From contig CAVPHZ010000002.1 in NCBI GenBank assembly GCA_963704905.1, positions 634 through 64,633 of the forward strand: a stretch of 64,000 bases of DNA. Reading direction: 5' to 3'. Origin of the DNA: Candidatus Chisholmbacteria bacterium. GTDB taxonomy: Bacteria; Patescibacteriota; Microgenomatia; UBA1400; Chisholmbacteraceae. A program made the translations under genes and the position numbers. Position 1 is the first letter of the stretch. Each line of letters begins with the position of its first letter. A model generated the notes under the pieces. That model was given only the letters and a program-made list of their open reading frames with translations, was not told the DNA's origin and made no database searches. Of the stretch, positions 37,756 to 48,480 are shown in pieces.

Positions 37756-38837
37756 AAGCTGCACTTTATCATCCAGCACTCGATACTCTCGGCGGCGGCG
37801 GCGTGTATATCGCTACAGTTGCACAGTGTCTACTCCAACAAGGATATCAAGTCGACTTTTTTTGGGGAGATGGGCGCATTTTGAAACGTATCGATAAATA
37901 TCTCGGAATAGACCTAGACAAAGTCAAAGTAAATGTCTATGGTCATTTCCTCTTTTCAAAAAAAGGTGAAGTGATCAAAAAACGATCATTGCTCAAACAA
38001 TATGATGTATCCTTCTTCGTCAGCGATGGGAGTATTCCTTGGTTATTTGCAGATAAAAATATTCTTCATTTCCAGATTCCTTTTAAACACGGAAGTGGGA
38101 GGACCCTCTCAAACTGGCTGAAGCTAAAAAACATACATTCAACTGTTTGTAATTCTCAGTTTACAAAACGATTCATCGATAAAACATATGGCGTGTACTC
38201 ATCGGTCATCTACCCACCAATAAATATTGCCGTTCAAGAGAAAAAAAAGACCAATACAATCCTCGCAGTTGGAAGATTTACCACTGCGCTTCACAATAAA
38301 CGTCAAGACATTTTGGTAAAGGCGTTTAAATCAATGGTAGACAATGGTTTGACTGATTGGGTACTTCGCATCATCGGAGATGCCACTGAAACGGAGGGCA
38401 AGCAACTACTCAACACAATCAGAACAGAGGCAATTGGATATCCAATTGATATTGTTACCAACATATCTCATGCGAGACTCGAAAAAGAATATGCAAAAGC
38501 AAAAATATTTTGGCATGCCGCTGGATTTGATATTGACGAGGAAAAGTTTCCGGAGCAAGTAGAGCATTTTGGTATAGCTACAGTGGAAGCAATGGCAGCT
38601 GGTTGTGTTCCAGTGGTTTTAAATAAAGGCGGTCAACCAGAAATTGTGCGTGATGAAAAAAACGGAATACTCTGGAACAGTATCGGTCAACTCCAGGAAA
38701 AAACGTTCAAACTAATCAAAGATGAAAAGCAACAAGTAATATTTCGGTTAGTTGCAAAAAAAGCCCTCAGAAAATATTCAAAAGCCCGTTTTTGTAAAGA
38801 ACTAAAAGATACCATATATTCAATGAATAAAAATTAA
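37752..38837 (+). CDS. GT4 (GT-B fold) glycosyltransferase
   Basis: The C-terminal segment ...FGIATVEAMAAGCVPVVLNKGGQPEIV...NGILW is the GT4 E-x7-E region; the N-terminus has a glycine-rich DTLGGGGVY. Confidence 0.8.
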   Translation: MKAALYHPALDTLGGGGVYIATVAQCLLQQGYQVDFFWGDGRILKRIDKYLGIDLDKVKVNVYGHFLFSKKGEVIKKRSLLKQYDVSFFVSDGSIPWLFADKNILHFQIPFKHGSGRTLSNWLKLKNIHSTVCNSQFTKRFIDKTYGVYSSVIYPPINIAVQEKKKTNTILAVGRFTTALHNKRQDILVKAFKSMVDNGLTDWVLRIIGDATETEGKQLLNTIRTEAIGYPIDIVTNISHARLEKEYAKAKIFWHAAGFDIDEEKFPEQVEHFGIATVEAMAAGCVPVVLNKGGQPEIVRDEKNGILWNSIGQLQEKTFKLIKDEKQQVIFRLVAKKALRKYSKARFCKELKDTIYSMNKN

Positions 38838-38843
38838 CGAGTT

Positions 38844-41093
38844 ATGAAAAATAAGCTAGCTCTATTCTGTCTTTTACTTCCAATTGTCATTTTCTTTAAC
38901 CCAGTTATATTGAGGGGAAAAATGCCAATCCCTGCCGACACAATTGTCGGACTCTACCATCCATATAGAGATGTTGTCTGGAACGGGCTTACAGCAGGAG
39001 TACCATTTAAAAATTTTCTTATTACTGATGCTGTTCGACAACAATATCCATGGAGGAAACTTGCATTTGATGTTTTAAAAAAGGGTCAATATCCTGGATG
39101 GAATCCGTATACTCATGCTGGAACACCGTTGGCTGCCAACATCCAAACAGCTCTCTTCAACCCACTAAATATTTTGTATTTACTTTTTCCCTTCAATCTG
39201 GCTTGGACGTTTCAAGTAATGAGTCAACCGATCTTACTTTCATTGTTTATGTATTTATATCTTCGAAAAATCGGAAGATCAAAAGAGGCAAGTCTGTTAG
39301 CAAGCCTTGTATTAAGTTTTTGTGGATTTTCAATAGCTTGGCTTGAGTGGAATACAACACTTCATACACTTGTTTGGTTACCTGCTAGCCTTCTAGCCAT
39401 CGAGAACATCTTGGAAAAATCTTCCCAAACAAGATGGTATTTGCTCCTTGTGTTCGCGCTCTCTAGTATTCTCTTTGCTGGTTTTCTACAGACGGCATTT
39501 TATATCTACACTCTCATCGCTGTATATATACTGTTCCGAATACAGTCATCAGAGAATCGAGAAAGACGAAGTAAGCTTCTCTCTCAGTTTTTCGTACTTG
39601 GTGTTTTAGTATTAGCGATTACCTCAATCCAATGGCTGCCGACAATAAGGTTTATCCAAAATTCAGCCAGAAGTTTTGATCAAGGAAATGTACTCGGTCG
39701 AGAAGATTGGTTTATTCCGTGGCAACATCTTGTTCAATTTATCGCACCGGACTTTTTTGGTAACCCAGCAACCTTGAATTATTGGGGTGTATTTAATTAC
39801 GTAGAATACATCGGATATATCGGCGTTGTACCTTTAATATTCGTTCTTCTTGGACTGCGTACTAAAGAAGATAAGCACCTTCATCAAAAGCGATTCTTTA
39901 TTTTTTCACTGCTCACCGCGTTGTTATTCGCGACAAACAATTTCATTGCAAGAATACCTTTCCATCTACATATTCCTCTGATTTCCACTGCTCAGCCGTC
40001 AAGACTCATGGTCATTATCGATTTTTCATTAGCGGTGTTAGCAGCATTCGGTGTTGATTGGTTCTTGAGTAATTTAATAAATAATGAGATGAGGATTCTA
40101 CTGGAACGAACAGGAAAGGTTGTCGGGTTACTTTTATTCATTCTCTTTGGTCTCTGGACAATCACTTTTGTATCAGGAGGGACGTTTGAAAATATTTCTC
40201 CAGAAAATCTCCATGTGGCCCAACGAAATCTTATCCTTCCATCCGGGTTTGTTCTTCTCAGTAGTATCATCTTATTTGGGGGATTACTAAGTAGTCATCA
40301 AGTAAAAAAACGCAAAAATGTCATTCAATCGTTAATATTCACAATACTGTTTCTCATTACCGTTGCTGATCTCTTTCGCTTTGCCTGGAAATTTACACCA
40401 TTTTCTAATGCAGACTACCTCTATCCCAAGACCGAAGTAATCAAATTTTTAGAAAAGGATCAGTCAGTTTGGAGATATATGACTACAGACAGAAGAATCA
40501 TTGCCCCAAATTTTTCCATTTCTCACAAATTTCAGACAATTGAGGGGTATGACCCAATTTATCTCAAACGATATGGTCAGCTTATTGCAACAGCCCAACG
40601 TGGCCAACCAACATTGGATGAGGTTGAATTCCACCGCATTATCCGTCCGGACAATTTCGAGTCACCTATTTATGATCTGCTTAATGTGAAATATATTCTT
40701 GCACTGCGTGACATCGACCATTCAAAGCTTCAGAAAGTATTTCAAGAAGGGGAAACAAGAGTGTATGAAAATATGAACGTTCTGCCTCGAGCATTTATAC
40801 TCCCAGATTATCAGGATGTCTCAGAAATGAACCAGTTAAGCATGGCTTTTGAGGTTACGAATCAAAATATCCGCCATACTGCTCAAATTACCTCCTACGA
40901 GGAAAATGAAGTTGAGCTAACCGTTGAGGACGATCAAGGTGGCATGCTGGTGCTTGCAGACGTGTACTACCCTGGTTGGAGCGTCACTATTGATGGGTCT
41001 CCAGCAGAGTTAAAACCTATGTTTCACGCCCTGCGTGGTACAATTATCCCATCTGGGCGACATGAAGTTATCTATCGTTATTCCCAACTATAA
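38844..41093 (+). CDS. YfhO-family GT-C membrane glycosyltransferase
   Basis: YPGWNPYTHAGTPLAANIQTALFNPLNILYLLFP and C-terminal VYYPGWSVTIDGSPAELKPMFHALRGTIIPSGRHEVIYRY. Confidence 0.85.
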   Translation: MKNKLALFCLLLPIVIFFNPVILRGKMPIPADTIVGLYHPYRDVVWNGLTAGVPFKNFLITDAVRQQYPWRKLAFDVLKKGQYPGWNPYTHAGTPLAANIQTALFNPLNILYLLFPFNLAWTFQVMSQPILLSLFMYLYLRKIGRSKEASLLASLVLSFCGFSIAWLEWNTTLHTLVWLPASLLAIENILEKSSQTRWYLLLVFALSSILFAGFLQTAFYIYTLIAVYILFRIQSSENRERRSKLLSQFFVLGVLVLAITSIQWLPTIRFIQNSARSFDQGNVLGREDWFIPWQHLVQFIAPDFFGNPATLNYWGVFNYVEYIGYIGVVPLIFVLLGLRTKEDKHLHQKRFFIFSLLTALLFATNNFIARIPFHLHIPLISTAQPSRLMVIIDFSLAVLAAFGVDWFLSNLINNEMRILLERTGKVVGLLLFILFGLWTITFVSGGTFENISPENLHVAQRNLILPSGFVLLSSIILFGGLLSSHQVKKRKNVIQSLIFTILFLITVADLFRFAWKFTPFSNADYLYPKTEVIKFLEKDQSVWRYMTTDRRIIAPNFSISHKFQTIEGYDPIYLKRYGQLIATAQRGQPTLDEVEFHRIIRPDNFESPIYDLLNVKYILALRDIDHSKLQKVFQEGETRVYENMNVLPRAFILPDYQDVSEMNQLSMAFEVTNQNIRHTAQITSYEENEVELTVEDDQGGMLVLADVYYPGWSVTIDGSPAELKPMFHALRGTIIPSGRHEVIYRYSQL

Positions 41094-41964
41094 TGGAGCG
41101 AAGCTCCTAAGAAAAAATCTCCCAAAAATAATCGAAGCAGCTAAGAATGCGGAAATTATTGTTGTCGATGATGCATCAAGCGACAACAGCAGATCCATAG
41201 TACGAGAATTTTCTGACAAGATTATTCTTATTAAGAAAGACGTTAATCAAGGTTTTGCTCGAGCCTGCAACGACGGCGTGAAAAGAGCTACAGGAGAGAT
41301 CGTTGTCCTTCTCAATAATGATGTAACTCCTGAAAAAAACTTTCTCTCGTTCTTGAAAACACACTTTAAAGACCCTCTGGTATTCTCAGTTGGGAGTGCA
41401 GAAATAACTGGAGAAACAACTAGGGGAAAAGCAGTCGGAGAGTTCAAGAGAGGTTTTCTTGTACATTCAGAAGCCAAGAATAGTAAGCCAGGATTCACGC
41501 TTTGGTCATTTGGAGCAAGTGCAGCCTACGATAAGAAAAAGTGGAACCAGCTGGGAGGCATGGATTCAATGTTCCGCCCCGCCTATTGGGAAGATATAGA
41601 CATCTGCTGGAGAGCCTGGAAAAAAGGCTGGAAAGTAATGTTTGAGCCAATGAGTCGTGTGCATCATGATCCGGAAAGTACCAACCTGAACGTCTTTGGA
41701 AGAGCGCGCATGAAAACCATGTCATACAAAAATCAAATCTTATTTGTATGGAAAAATATTGAGGATCTAAAATTACTGCTCGCCCATCTGGTATGGCTTC
41801 CAATCCACATCATTTCCTCGCTTTTTACAGGGGATGGCGCTTTCCTGCATGGTTTATTCAACGCCGTAGTTCAATTGCCTGAAGCACTACATAAAAGAAA
41901 TCTTCATACAAGCAAGACGAAGAATACAGACAGCCAAATACTGGAAATGTTTAAAAAGATATGA
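41062..41964 (+). CDS. GT2 glycosyltransferase (RfbF/WbbL-like subfamily)
   Basis: LSIVIPNYNGAKLL...IIVVDDASSDNS...NQGFARACNDGV...VLLNNDV. The start was taken at the Met of MKLSIVIP; the ORF-track start 41035 is the alternative. Confidence 0.8.
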   Translation: MKLSIVIPNYNGAKLLRKNLPKIIEAAKNAEIIVVDDASSDNSRSIVREFSDKIILIKKDVNQGFARACNDGVKRATGEIVVLLNNDVTPEKNFLSFLKTHFKDPLVFSVGSAEITGETTRGKAVGEFKRGFLVHSEAKNSKPGFTLWSFGASAAYDKKKWNQLGGMDSMFRPAYWEDIDICWRAWKKGWKVMFEPMSRVHHDPESTNLNVFGRARMKTMSYKNQILFVWKNIEDLKLLLAHLVWLPIHIISSLFTGDGAFLHGLFNAVVQLPEALHKRNLHTSKTKNTDSQILEMFKKI

Positions 41965-43613
41965 GAAAAAGAGTTTTCATACTGGTTTCAATAGTTCTAC
42001 TTGCTGCTGTCCTTCGATTTTATGAGATAGGAAAAAATCCTCCCAGTCTCAATCTGGATGAGGTTGCAATTGGCTACAACGCCTACTCAATTTTACGAAC
42101 AGGAAGAGACGAATATGGAGAATCATTCCCACTCTCATTTAGATCGCACGATGACTATAAACCACCTCTGTACATTTATCTGACTGTTCCATCAGTAGCA
42201 GCCTTTGGTCTAAGTGAAATTGCCGTGCGATTTCCTTCGGCATTTTTTGGTACAGTATCAGTTCTAATGATCTATTTTCTGGCGAAAGCGCTTATCGACG
42301 CGCATGTCGATCGGATTGGTCAGGAAAAAATTGCACTCCTCTGCTCATTTTTGCTAGCAGTTAATCCGTGGCATCTTCAATTTTCTCGCGCCGGATTTGA
42401 AACAAACGTCGCCTTATTTTTCTTCATGACCGGTATCTGGGCGTTTTTAAGAGGGATGAAGAAGAACGGATATTGGTGGGTACTTACCGCTGTTATGTTT
42501 GGCTTGTCAATGTATACCTATCAAGCAGCGAGAGTATTTATCCCGCTGATGTCTCTCAGCATGTTGATCCTATATTGGAAACAAAGAATGACACACGTAA
42601 AACAGGTGATCCTTGCAGGCATTGTATTTGTTCTGATAGTTCTTCCACTTATACCGATTGCGACCTCTACAGCCGGTGTTATGCGCTTTAAGGGAACGAA
42701 TGTATTCACCCAACCTGGTTTAGTTGAGGATGAAGTGGAGAGATCCTTCGTTGATGCAGACAGGCAGGATGCATTCTCAATGAAAGTTCTCCATAACCAG
42801 AAAATAGCTGCCACGCTAACCATAGCTGAAGGTTATTTAAAACACTTTCGTCCGGATGTATTGTTTCTGGGGAGAAACGGTCCACCATATAATTACACGC
42901 CGAACGTTGGTTTGTTCTACATCATTGAATTGCCATTGATGCTTTGGGGATTTGCCAAATTGTCTTCAAGAAGTAACAAAGCAATACAGCTCTCTTTCTT
43001 CTGGCTCCTGCTTGCACCAGTTGCAGCCGCCCTCACATGGGATGTTCCGAGCTCTACAAGAACCATGCTCATGTTGCCGCCGCTGCTTATATTCACGAGT
43101 GTTGGAGCATATGAGTTTTTTATTAAAAGGGATATAACTCATAGGTTCGGTGCTACCATACTAGGTTCAGCAGTCCTGCTTACATTGGTAGGAAATATTT
43201 CGTACTATCTACACCAATACTACATTCATGCACCACTTGAATTTGCAGATGCTTGGCAATATGGATACAAACAAGCAGTGGAGTATGCGGAAAGCCAAAA
43301 AGGCAAGTACGATAAAGTTGTTGTATCCACCTACCTCAAGCAGCCTCAGAACTTCTTCGCTTTTTATTCAAAGTATGATCCTAAAACGTATATTGAAAAA
43401 GATGGTGGAACAGTATCAGGTGGATTTCTCGAGTCGAGAAATAAATTTGATAAATACGAATTTCGTCATATTGAATACGCTGATAACGAATGGCAAGGAA
43501 AGATTATGTTCATCGATCTGGAGATTAAACTCACGGAAGAAATTCGCAGCAAAGCAATAAAAACTATCAATCTTCCAAATGGGGAACCATACATAGTCAT
43601 ATCTGAGTTATGA
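41961..43613 (+). CDS. ArnT-like GT-C membrane glycosyltransferase (GT83-like), first of tandem triplet
   Basis: LNLDEVAIGYNAYSILRTGRDEYGESFPLSFRSHDDYKPPLYIYL is the ArnT/PMT_2 loop-1 signature with the DE and KPPL motifs. The conserved NPWHLQFSRAGFE block is shared with the 43610, 45490 and 51465 genes. Confidence 0.85.
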   Translation: MRKRVFILVSIVLLAAVLRFYEIGKNPPSLNLDEVAIGYNAYSILRTGRDEYGESFPLSFRSHDDYKPPLYIYLTVPSVAAFGLSEIAVRFPSAFFGTVSVLMIYFLAKALIDAHVDRIGQEKIALLCSFLLAVNPWHLQFSRAGFETNVALFFFMTGIWAFLRGMKKNGYWWVLTAVMFGLSMYTYQAARVFIPLMSLSMLILYWKQRMTHVKQVILAGIVFVLIVLPLIPIATSTAGVMRFKGTNVFTQPGLVEDEVERSFVDADRQDAFSMKVLHNQKIAATLTIAEGYLKHFRPDVLFLGRNGPPYNYTPNVGLFYIIELPLMLWGFAKLSSRSNKAIQLSFFWLLLAPVAAALTWDVPSSTRTMLMLPPLLIFTSVGAYEFFIKRDITHRFGATILGSAVLLTLVGNISYYLHQYYIHAPLEFADAWQYGYKQAVEYAESQKGKYDKVVVSTYLKQPQNFFAFYSKYDPKTYIEKDGGTVSGGFLESRNKFDKYEFRHIEYADNEWQGKIMFIDLEIKLTEEIRSKAIKTINLPNGEPYIVISEL

Positions 43614-45139
43614 GTAAAAAGAGATATATATTGTTTTTTTGTGCAATAGTTTTACTGGCGGCAGCTCTCCGTTTTTATCGCCTCTCCTCTACACCACCGG
43701 GCTTGTACTGGGATGAGGTCTCTATAGGATACAATGCATATTCGATTCTTCTCACTGGAAAAGATGAATTTGGGGAAAGCTACCCTTTAATATTTAAAGC
43801 CTTTGGAGAATTCAAACTCCCGATATACATTTACACAACTGCTGCGAGTATTGCTCTATTTGGAATAACAGATTTTGCTATCCGCTTTCCCTCGGCATTG
43901 GCCGGATCTCTTTCAGTCGCAATGATAATTATATTGGTTGCTGAAATGTATCCAAGGAAGCGCAGGTCAATACTACCACTCCTGGCAGGATTCTTTCTGG
44001 CAATAAGTCCCTGGCATATTCAATTCTCACATGCTGGATTTGAAGCAAATCTCGCATTATTATTTGTAATATCAGCTCTAGTTGCTTTTCTTCAAGGTTT
44101 ACGGGGGAGGCGCTATGGACTGGTAATTTCAGTGATAGTATTTCTTCTTGCGTTCAATACTTACAACAGCGCAAGAGTATTTGTTCCACTACTGATAGGT
44201 GCTATTACTCTGATTTATCGAAAACAGCTTAAAGGAAGAGGCAAAGAAATTACTCTCGCTCTAATTATTGGCACGCTTGGGTTACTTCCAGTTCTCCCAC
44301 AATTTATTTCAGGTGAGGCTCTCATTCGGGCTCGGTCAGAAAGCATTTTTAACAGAGAAAATGCGATGTCGGAGATGATGAAGAATTATCTTAGTAACTT
44401 TGACACAACCTTTCTTTTCTTCCGCGGTGATCAAAATGGGCGTCATAGCGTGAGAAAATTGGGGATGCTTTATGTATTTGAATTACCACTGATAGTAATC
44501 GGATTGGGTCAGGTATTAAAAAACAGTAAGGATAACAAACAAGGAAAACGTTTACTTATAAGCTGGCTGTTACTTGCACCCATGCCCACCTCACTCACAA
44601 CCATTAACCCGCATGCGATTCGGTCACTAAACATCATGCCAGCTTGGCACATACTCACCGCAATTGGATTAGTAAAAATCATTGAACAATTAAAGAAATA
44701 TAAGATCCATTTGCGTTATATGTTCGCTGTAATAACTTCACTGCTGATCATGTACAACATAACCTTGTACCTGCATCAGTACTATGTGCATTACCCAACG
44801 GTTACTGCACTCGATTGGCAAGACGGTCTCAAAGAAACTGTTCAGATTATCTCATCCCGATTTGATGAGTTCGATGACATCTATATCTCAGATACGTTGC
44901 CGCCAATCTATATTGGCTACTATCTTCCTGTGAAACCGTGGTTGTATCAGCAAATGAACACCGATGAGAGCATCGGAAAACTTCATTATTTTAAACATGC
45001 CTGGGAAGTCGAGAAATCAGAATCAAGCAAGGTATTGTTTATCGCACCACACTGGCAGAAGCCAACAGAAGGAACACCTTTCCAGGAAGTAAAAATGATC
45101 AACGGTGACACAGTGTTTACTATATGGCAGGAGGACTAA
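43610..45139 (+). CDS. ArnT-like GT-C membrane glycosyltransferase (tandem paralog)
   Basis: GLYWDEVSIGYNAYSILLTGKDEFGESYPLIFKAFGEFKLPIYIY and SPWHIQFSHAGFEANLALLF. ATGA coupled. Confidence 0.85.
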   Translation: MSKKRYILFFCAIVLLAAALRFYRLSSTPPGLYWDEVSIGYNAYSILLTGKDEFGESYPLIFKAFGEFKLPIYIYTTAASIALFGITDFAIRFPSALAGSLSVAMIIILVAEMYPRKRRSILPLLAGFFLAISPWHIQFSHAGFEANLALLFVISALVAFLQGLRGRRYGLVISVIVFLLAFNTYNSARVFVPLLIGAITLIYRKQLKGRGKEITLALIIGTLGLLPVLPQFISGEALIRARSESIFNRENAMSEMMKNYLSNFDTTFLFFRGDQNGRHSVRKLGMLYVFELPLIVIGLGQVLKNSKDNKQGKRLLISWLLLAPMPTSLTTINPHAIRSLNIMPAWHILTAIGLVKIIEQLKKYKIHLRYMFAVITSLLIMYNITLYLHQYYVHYPTVTALDWQDGLKETVQIISSRFDEFDDIYISDTLPPIYIGYYLPVKPWLYQQMNTDESIGKLHYFKHAWEVEKSESSKVLFIAPHWQKPTEGTPFQEVKMINGDTVFTIWQED

Positions 45140-45481
45140 TTGGAAGGATTTAGTTGCACACACAATGGCATCCTAAACGATGTGCCACACCAACTCTGGG
45201 AAGCGATTTCCAGTGACGGTGGTGGTACCCCTTTGCTGGTAACAAGGGTTTTGCATAATAAGCCGCTTTTCTTTGCAGTAAACTATCTCCGTTGCTATTT
45301 TCACTATCTGTCCCCTCATTTTTTCGCGCAGCAATTTGGACCAGGGGTTGCTCTTATAATTGTTGCGCTGATCTTCATACTTTGGAGGCAGGGAGGACAA
45401 AATTGGAAAGTTGCCAAGATCATTATTCTGCTCTATCCCATTCTATTGGTATTTGAGCTGCAAACGAAGCTATTTCGATAA
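45140..45481 (+). CDS. hypothetical small protein (113 aa) with two hydrophobic segments; possibly a gene remnant
   Basis: An ORF fills the gap between two ArnT-like paralogs exactly; no recognisable motif; an antisense ORF of similar size exists. Coding status is uncertain. Confidence 0.3.
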   Translation: MEGFSCTHNGILNDVPHQLWEAISSDGGGTPLLVTRVLHNKPLFFAVNYLRCYFHYLSPHFFAQQFGPGVALIIVALIFILWRQGGQNWKVAKIIILLYPILLVFELQTKLFR

Positions 45482-45489
45482 ATCGCCTA

Positions 45490-47121
45490 ATGAAAAATAA
45501 TACAGCCATGATTGTAATCATTGTGTTAGCCGCCTTTTTAAGATTTTGGAATCTTGGTCAAAACCCACCTGCATTGTACTGGGATGAAGCCTCCCTTGGA
45601 TATAATGCCTATTCAATCTTAACCGCCGGGAAAGACGAACATGGTGAGTATCTTCCAGTTACCCGATTTATTGCCTTTGGCGACTACAAACCGCCAGGAT
45701 ACATCTACGCTACAGTTCCATTTATAGCATTATTAGGATTAACCGAATTTTCCATTCGCTCTGCCTCTGCATTAGCAGGAACACTGACTGTACTTGTTAC
45801 ATATTTGTTAGCAAAATTAATATTTAAGAAGAACCATTGGTCATTACATATTGGTCAATGGTCAGTATCACTGGCTGTCATTGCAGCGTTTCTGTTGGCT
45901 GTGAGTCCATGGCATTTACAATTTTCTCGCGGCGCTTTTGAAGCAAATGTTGCAACACTATTTTCAACAGCAGGAATCTATTTCTTCCTTCGGGGTATAA
46001 AAAATGGAAAATATTTGCTACCAAGCGCTATCCTTTTTGTTCTTTCAATGTACACGTTTAACACACACCGGGTGTTTGTTCCTCTGTTAGTTCTTGGACT
46101 AAGTCTACTGTACAGAAAATATTTATCAGCACATTTACGGTGGATAATTGCTTCAGCTATCGTGGGCTTAATCATTCTTTCTCCCCTGATTCCATTTATG
46201 GTATCTAGAGAAGGAAAATTACGCTTCGAAGAAGTCACCATCTTTAATAATCTAGAACCAATTGAAGTCGCAAATAACAGAATTGAGCAGGAAGGAAATT
46301 CCTTTCTTGCCAGACTTCAGCATAATCGCCGTCTGCAGTTTGCCAGAGATTTTGCGCTCCATTATGTAGATCATTTCAAGGGTAGTTTTTTATTTATCTC
46401 AGGAGACGTAAATCCACGGCTTGGAACACGTGAGAATGGTGTGCTCTACCCAATTGAATTACCACTACTTATAATCGGAATCTATGTTTTACTGAGAAGA
46501 AAGCGAGAAACTGCCTTATTACTATTTCTCTGGATCCTAATCGGATTGATACCAGCCGGAACAGCCAGAGAAACTCCACACGCGCTGCGAACCCTAAATA
46601 TATTACCGGCTCCACAGATACTGGTCGCTATAGGAATTGTTTCCGGATGTTCATGGATAAAACAAAAACGCCTCTATCTATCGGTGCTTATTATTTCTTA
46701 CTCACTGCTCATTACGTCCTACCTTCACACCTATCATTCCCACTACCCAAGACAATGGGCAGCATCATGGCAATATGGGTATAAGCAGTTAGTTCAGGAA
46801 GTGACAAAGATTGAAGATGACTATGACAAAATATTCATCACTCGAACCTATGGTAGGCCATATATCTATTTCCTTCTGTACCAGCAATATGATCCTGAAG
46901 CGTATTGGACACAAAGGAATGCAGAGCGGGATTGGTTTGGATTTTGGACAGTCAACGGTTTTGGGAAGTACATCTTTGGCAACCATCCAAGCCTAGAAGA
47001 ACGGGGAGAAGAAAGATGGCTTATCGTGAGTGGTCCAGACGGATTACCAGCAGAAGGCAGGAAACTATCTGAAATTACCTTTCCCAATGGAGAATTATCG
47101 TTCGAAATAGGAGAACTCTAG
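45490..47121 (+). CDS. ArnT-like GT-C membrane glycosyltransferase (tandem paralog)
   Basis: ALYWDEASLGYNAYSILTAGKDEHGEYLPVTRFIAFGDYKPPGYIY and SPWHLQFSRGAFEANVATLF. Confidence 0.85.
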   Translation: MKNNTAMIVIIVLAAFLRFWNLGQNPPALYWDEASLGYNAYSILTAGKDEHGEYLPVTRFIAFGDYKPPGYIYATVPFIALLGLTEFSIRSASALAGTLTVLVTYLLAKLIFKKNHWSLHIGQWSVSLAVIAAFLLAVSPWHLQFSRGAFEANVATLFSTAGIYFFLRGIKNGKYLLPSAILFVLSMYTFNTHRVFVPLLVLGLSLLYRKYLSAHLRWIIASAIVGLIILSPLIPFMVSREGKLRFEEVTIFNNLEPIEVANNRIEQEGNSFLARLQHNRRLQFARDFALHYVDHFKGSFLFISGDVNPRLGTRENGVLYPIELPLLIIGIYVLLRRKRETALLLFLWILIGLIPAGTARETPHALRTLNILPAPQILVAIGIVSGCSWIKQKRLYLSVLIISYSLLITSYLHTYHSHYPRQWAASWQYGYKQLVQEVTKIEDDYDKIFITRTYGRPYIYFLLYQQYDPEAYWTQRNAERDWFGFWTVNGFGKYIFGNHPSLEERGEERWLIVSGPDGLPAEGRKLSEITFPNGELSFEIGEL

Positions 47122-48480
47122 GTGAAGAACTACCTTCTCTTACTCTTGATGTTGCTTGCCTATAGTGCTCTTAGTTTCATCCTCATGCTGCGGGACGATT
47201 GGGCAATAAAAACGATTGGTGACTTATACCCACAACTAGAGACCACACTTCAATCGGCTCGCCAATATGGATTATCCCATCATCTCAATACAACACCAAC
47301 CTTGATGTATGTTCTCATTATTGCTTTCGCTTTCTGGTTTTATTTCAAAGTAGTAAATGGAAAATGGATAAAAAGCCAGTCTGCTAGAAGGATTGTACTC
47401 TGGTCATTGGTATTACATTCAGTTGTAATCATTTCCTACCCAGCTTTATCAACCGACGTATTTGATTACATTCTTCAAAATCGTGTGAAATTTGTTTACC
47501 AAGAAAATCTATGGGTGATGCCAATCATCTCCTACCCAAACGACCAGATGATCAATCTTGGTAGCTGGCAAAGAGTCGCGAGTGTCTATGGCCCCACCCA
47601 CCACTTTTTCGCCGCCGGCGCCCAAATTATTGGAGGAAGTGATCTATTTGGTAATATCTTGATGTTCAAGGAAATTGCTGTGATCTTCTCACTCATCACA
47701 ACAATGATGTTAAGCCACCTGATTCAAGAAGACAAAATGCGTAAACTCGCACTGTTTGCCATGAATCCATTGCTTATCATCGAAACAGCGGGGAACGCGC
47801 ACAACGATATCATCATGGTCGCATTCATGATCGCTGCGCTTATCGCTTTCAAAAGGAAACGATTCGTCATAGTTGGCGCGTTGTTGTCTCTCAGTACCCA
47901 GGTAAAACTGTATGGAGTTGTACTCACACCATTTTTGTTAATTCTACTCATGAGGAAAAAAGAGTATGGACATGCAGCACTAACATTGATTGGCTTGTTA
48001 GTAACAACAATGATTGGAGTGGCAGTCATGGGACCGCAAGCAGTAGCAAATTATCAACATCTCATGAAGTGGGTGTTTACCTTAAAACTTAATTCTCTTC
48101 CTAACCTCTTACACGTTCTTCCAAATTGGATGTTCGTATTCCCATTTATGATCATTGCCATACTTGGAGTAAGAAAAATAAAGTCACTCAGCAACGTCAT
48201 ACAGACATATATTGGTCTCACACTGTTGTACCTCATGTTTGTTATACCATTGTATTGGGCTTGGTATGTAATTTGGTACTTACCATTTTTATCACTTATA
48301 AAAAAAGCAAGTCTCATCAAAGTAGGAATAACATTAAGTCTGACATCTTCTTTGCAGTACGCCATACTCTTTCTATCACATCGTTTTAATTATGAACACA
48401 TCATCTGGACAATTATCATATACATCTTTTTAGTCGTTCCTCCAATTGGAGTGTATGCATTTACCAGACATGAAAAGTAA
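47122..48480 (+). CDS. GT-C-like polytopic membrane protein, DUF2029/GT87-like (GTG start)
   Basis: STDVFDYILQNRVKFVYQENLWVMPIISYPNDQ...VYGPTHH...NPLLIIETAGNAHNDIIM; paralog of the 6580 and 48446 genes. Confidence 0.6.
   Translation: MKNYLLLLLMLLAYSALSFILMLRDDWAIKTIGDLYPQLETTLQSARQYGLSHHLNTTPTLMYVLIIAFAFWFYFKVVNGKWIKSQSARRIVLWSLVLHSVVIISYPALSTDVFDYILQNRVKFVYQENLWVMPIISYPNDQMINLGSWQRVASVYGPTHHFFAAGAQIIGGSDLFGNILMFKEIAVIFSLITTMMLSHLIQEDKMRKLALFAMNPLLIIETAGNAHNDIIMVAFMIAALIAFKRKRFVIVGALLSLSTQVKLYGVVLTPFLLILLMRKKEYGHAALTLIGLLVTTMIGVAVMGPQAVANYQHLMKWVFTLKLNSLPNLLHVLPNWMFVFPFMIIAILGVRKIKSLSNVIQTYIGLTLLYLMFVIPLYWAWYVIWYLPFLSLIKKASLIKVGITLSLTSSLQYAILFLSHRFNYEHIIWTIIIYIFLVVPPIGVYAFTRHEK

Noticed and set aside
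41961-47121. Tandem ArnT-like genes as a nucleotide-level direct-repeat or mobile-element array
   Set aside because: Similarity between copies is at the protein-motif level only. The nucleotide sequences are divergent, with no flanking inverted repeats, transposase or integrase, so this is an ancient tandem duplication rather than a repeat or mobile element.
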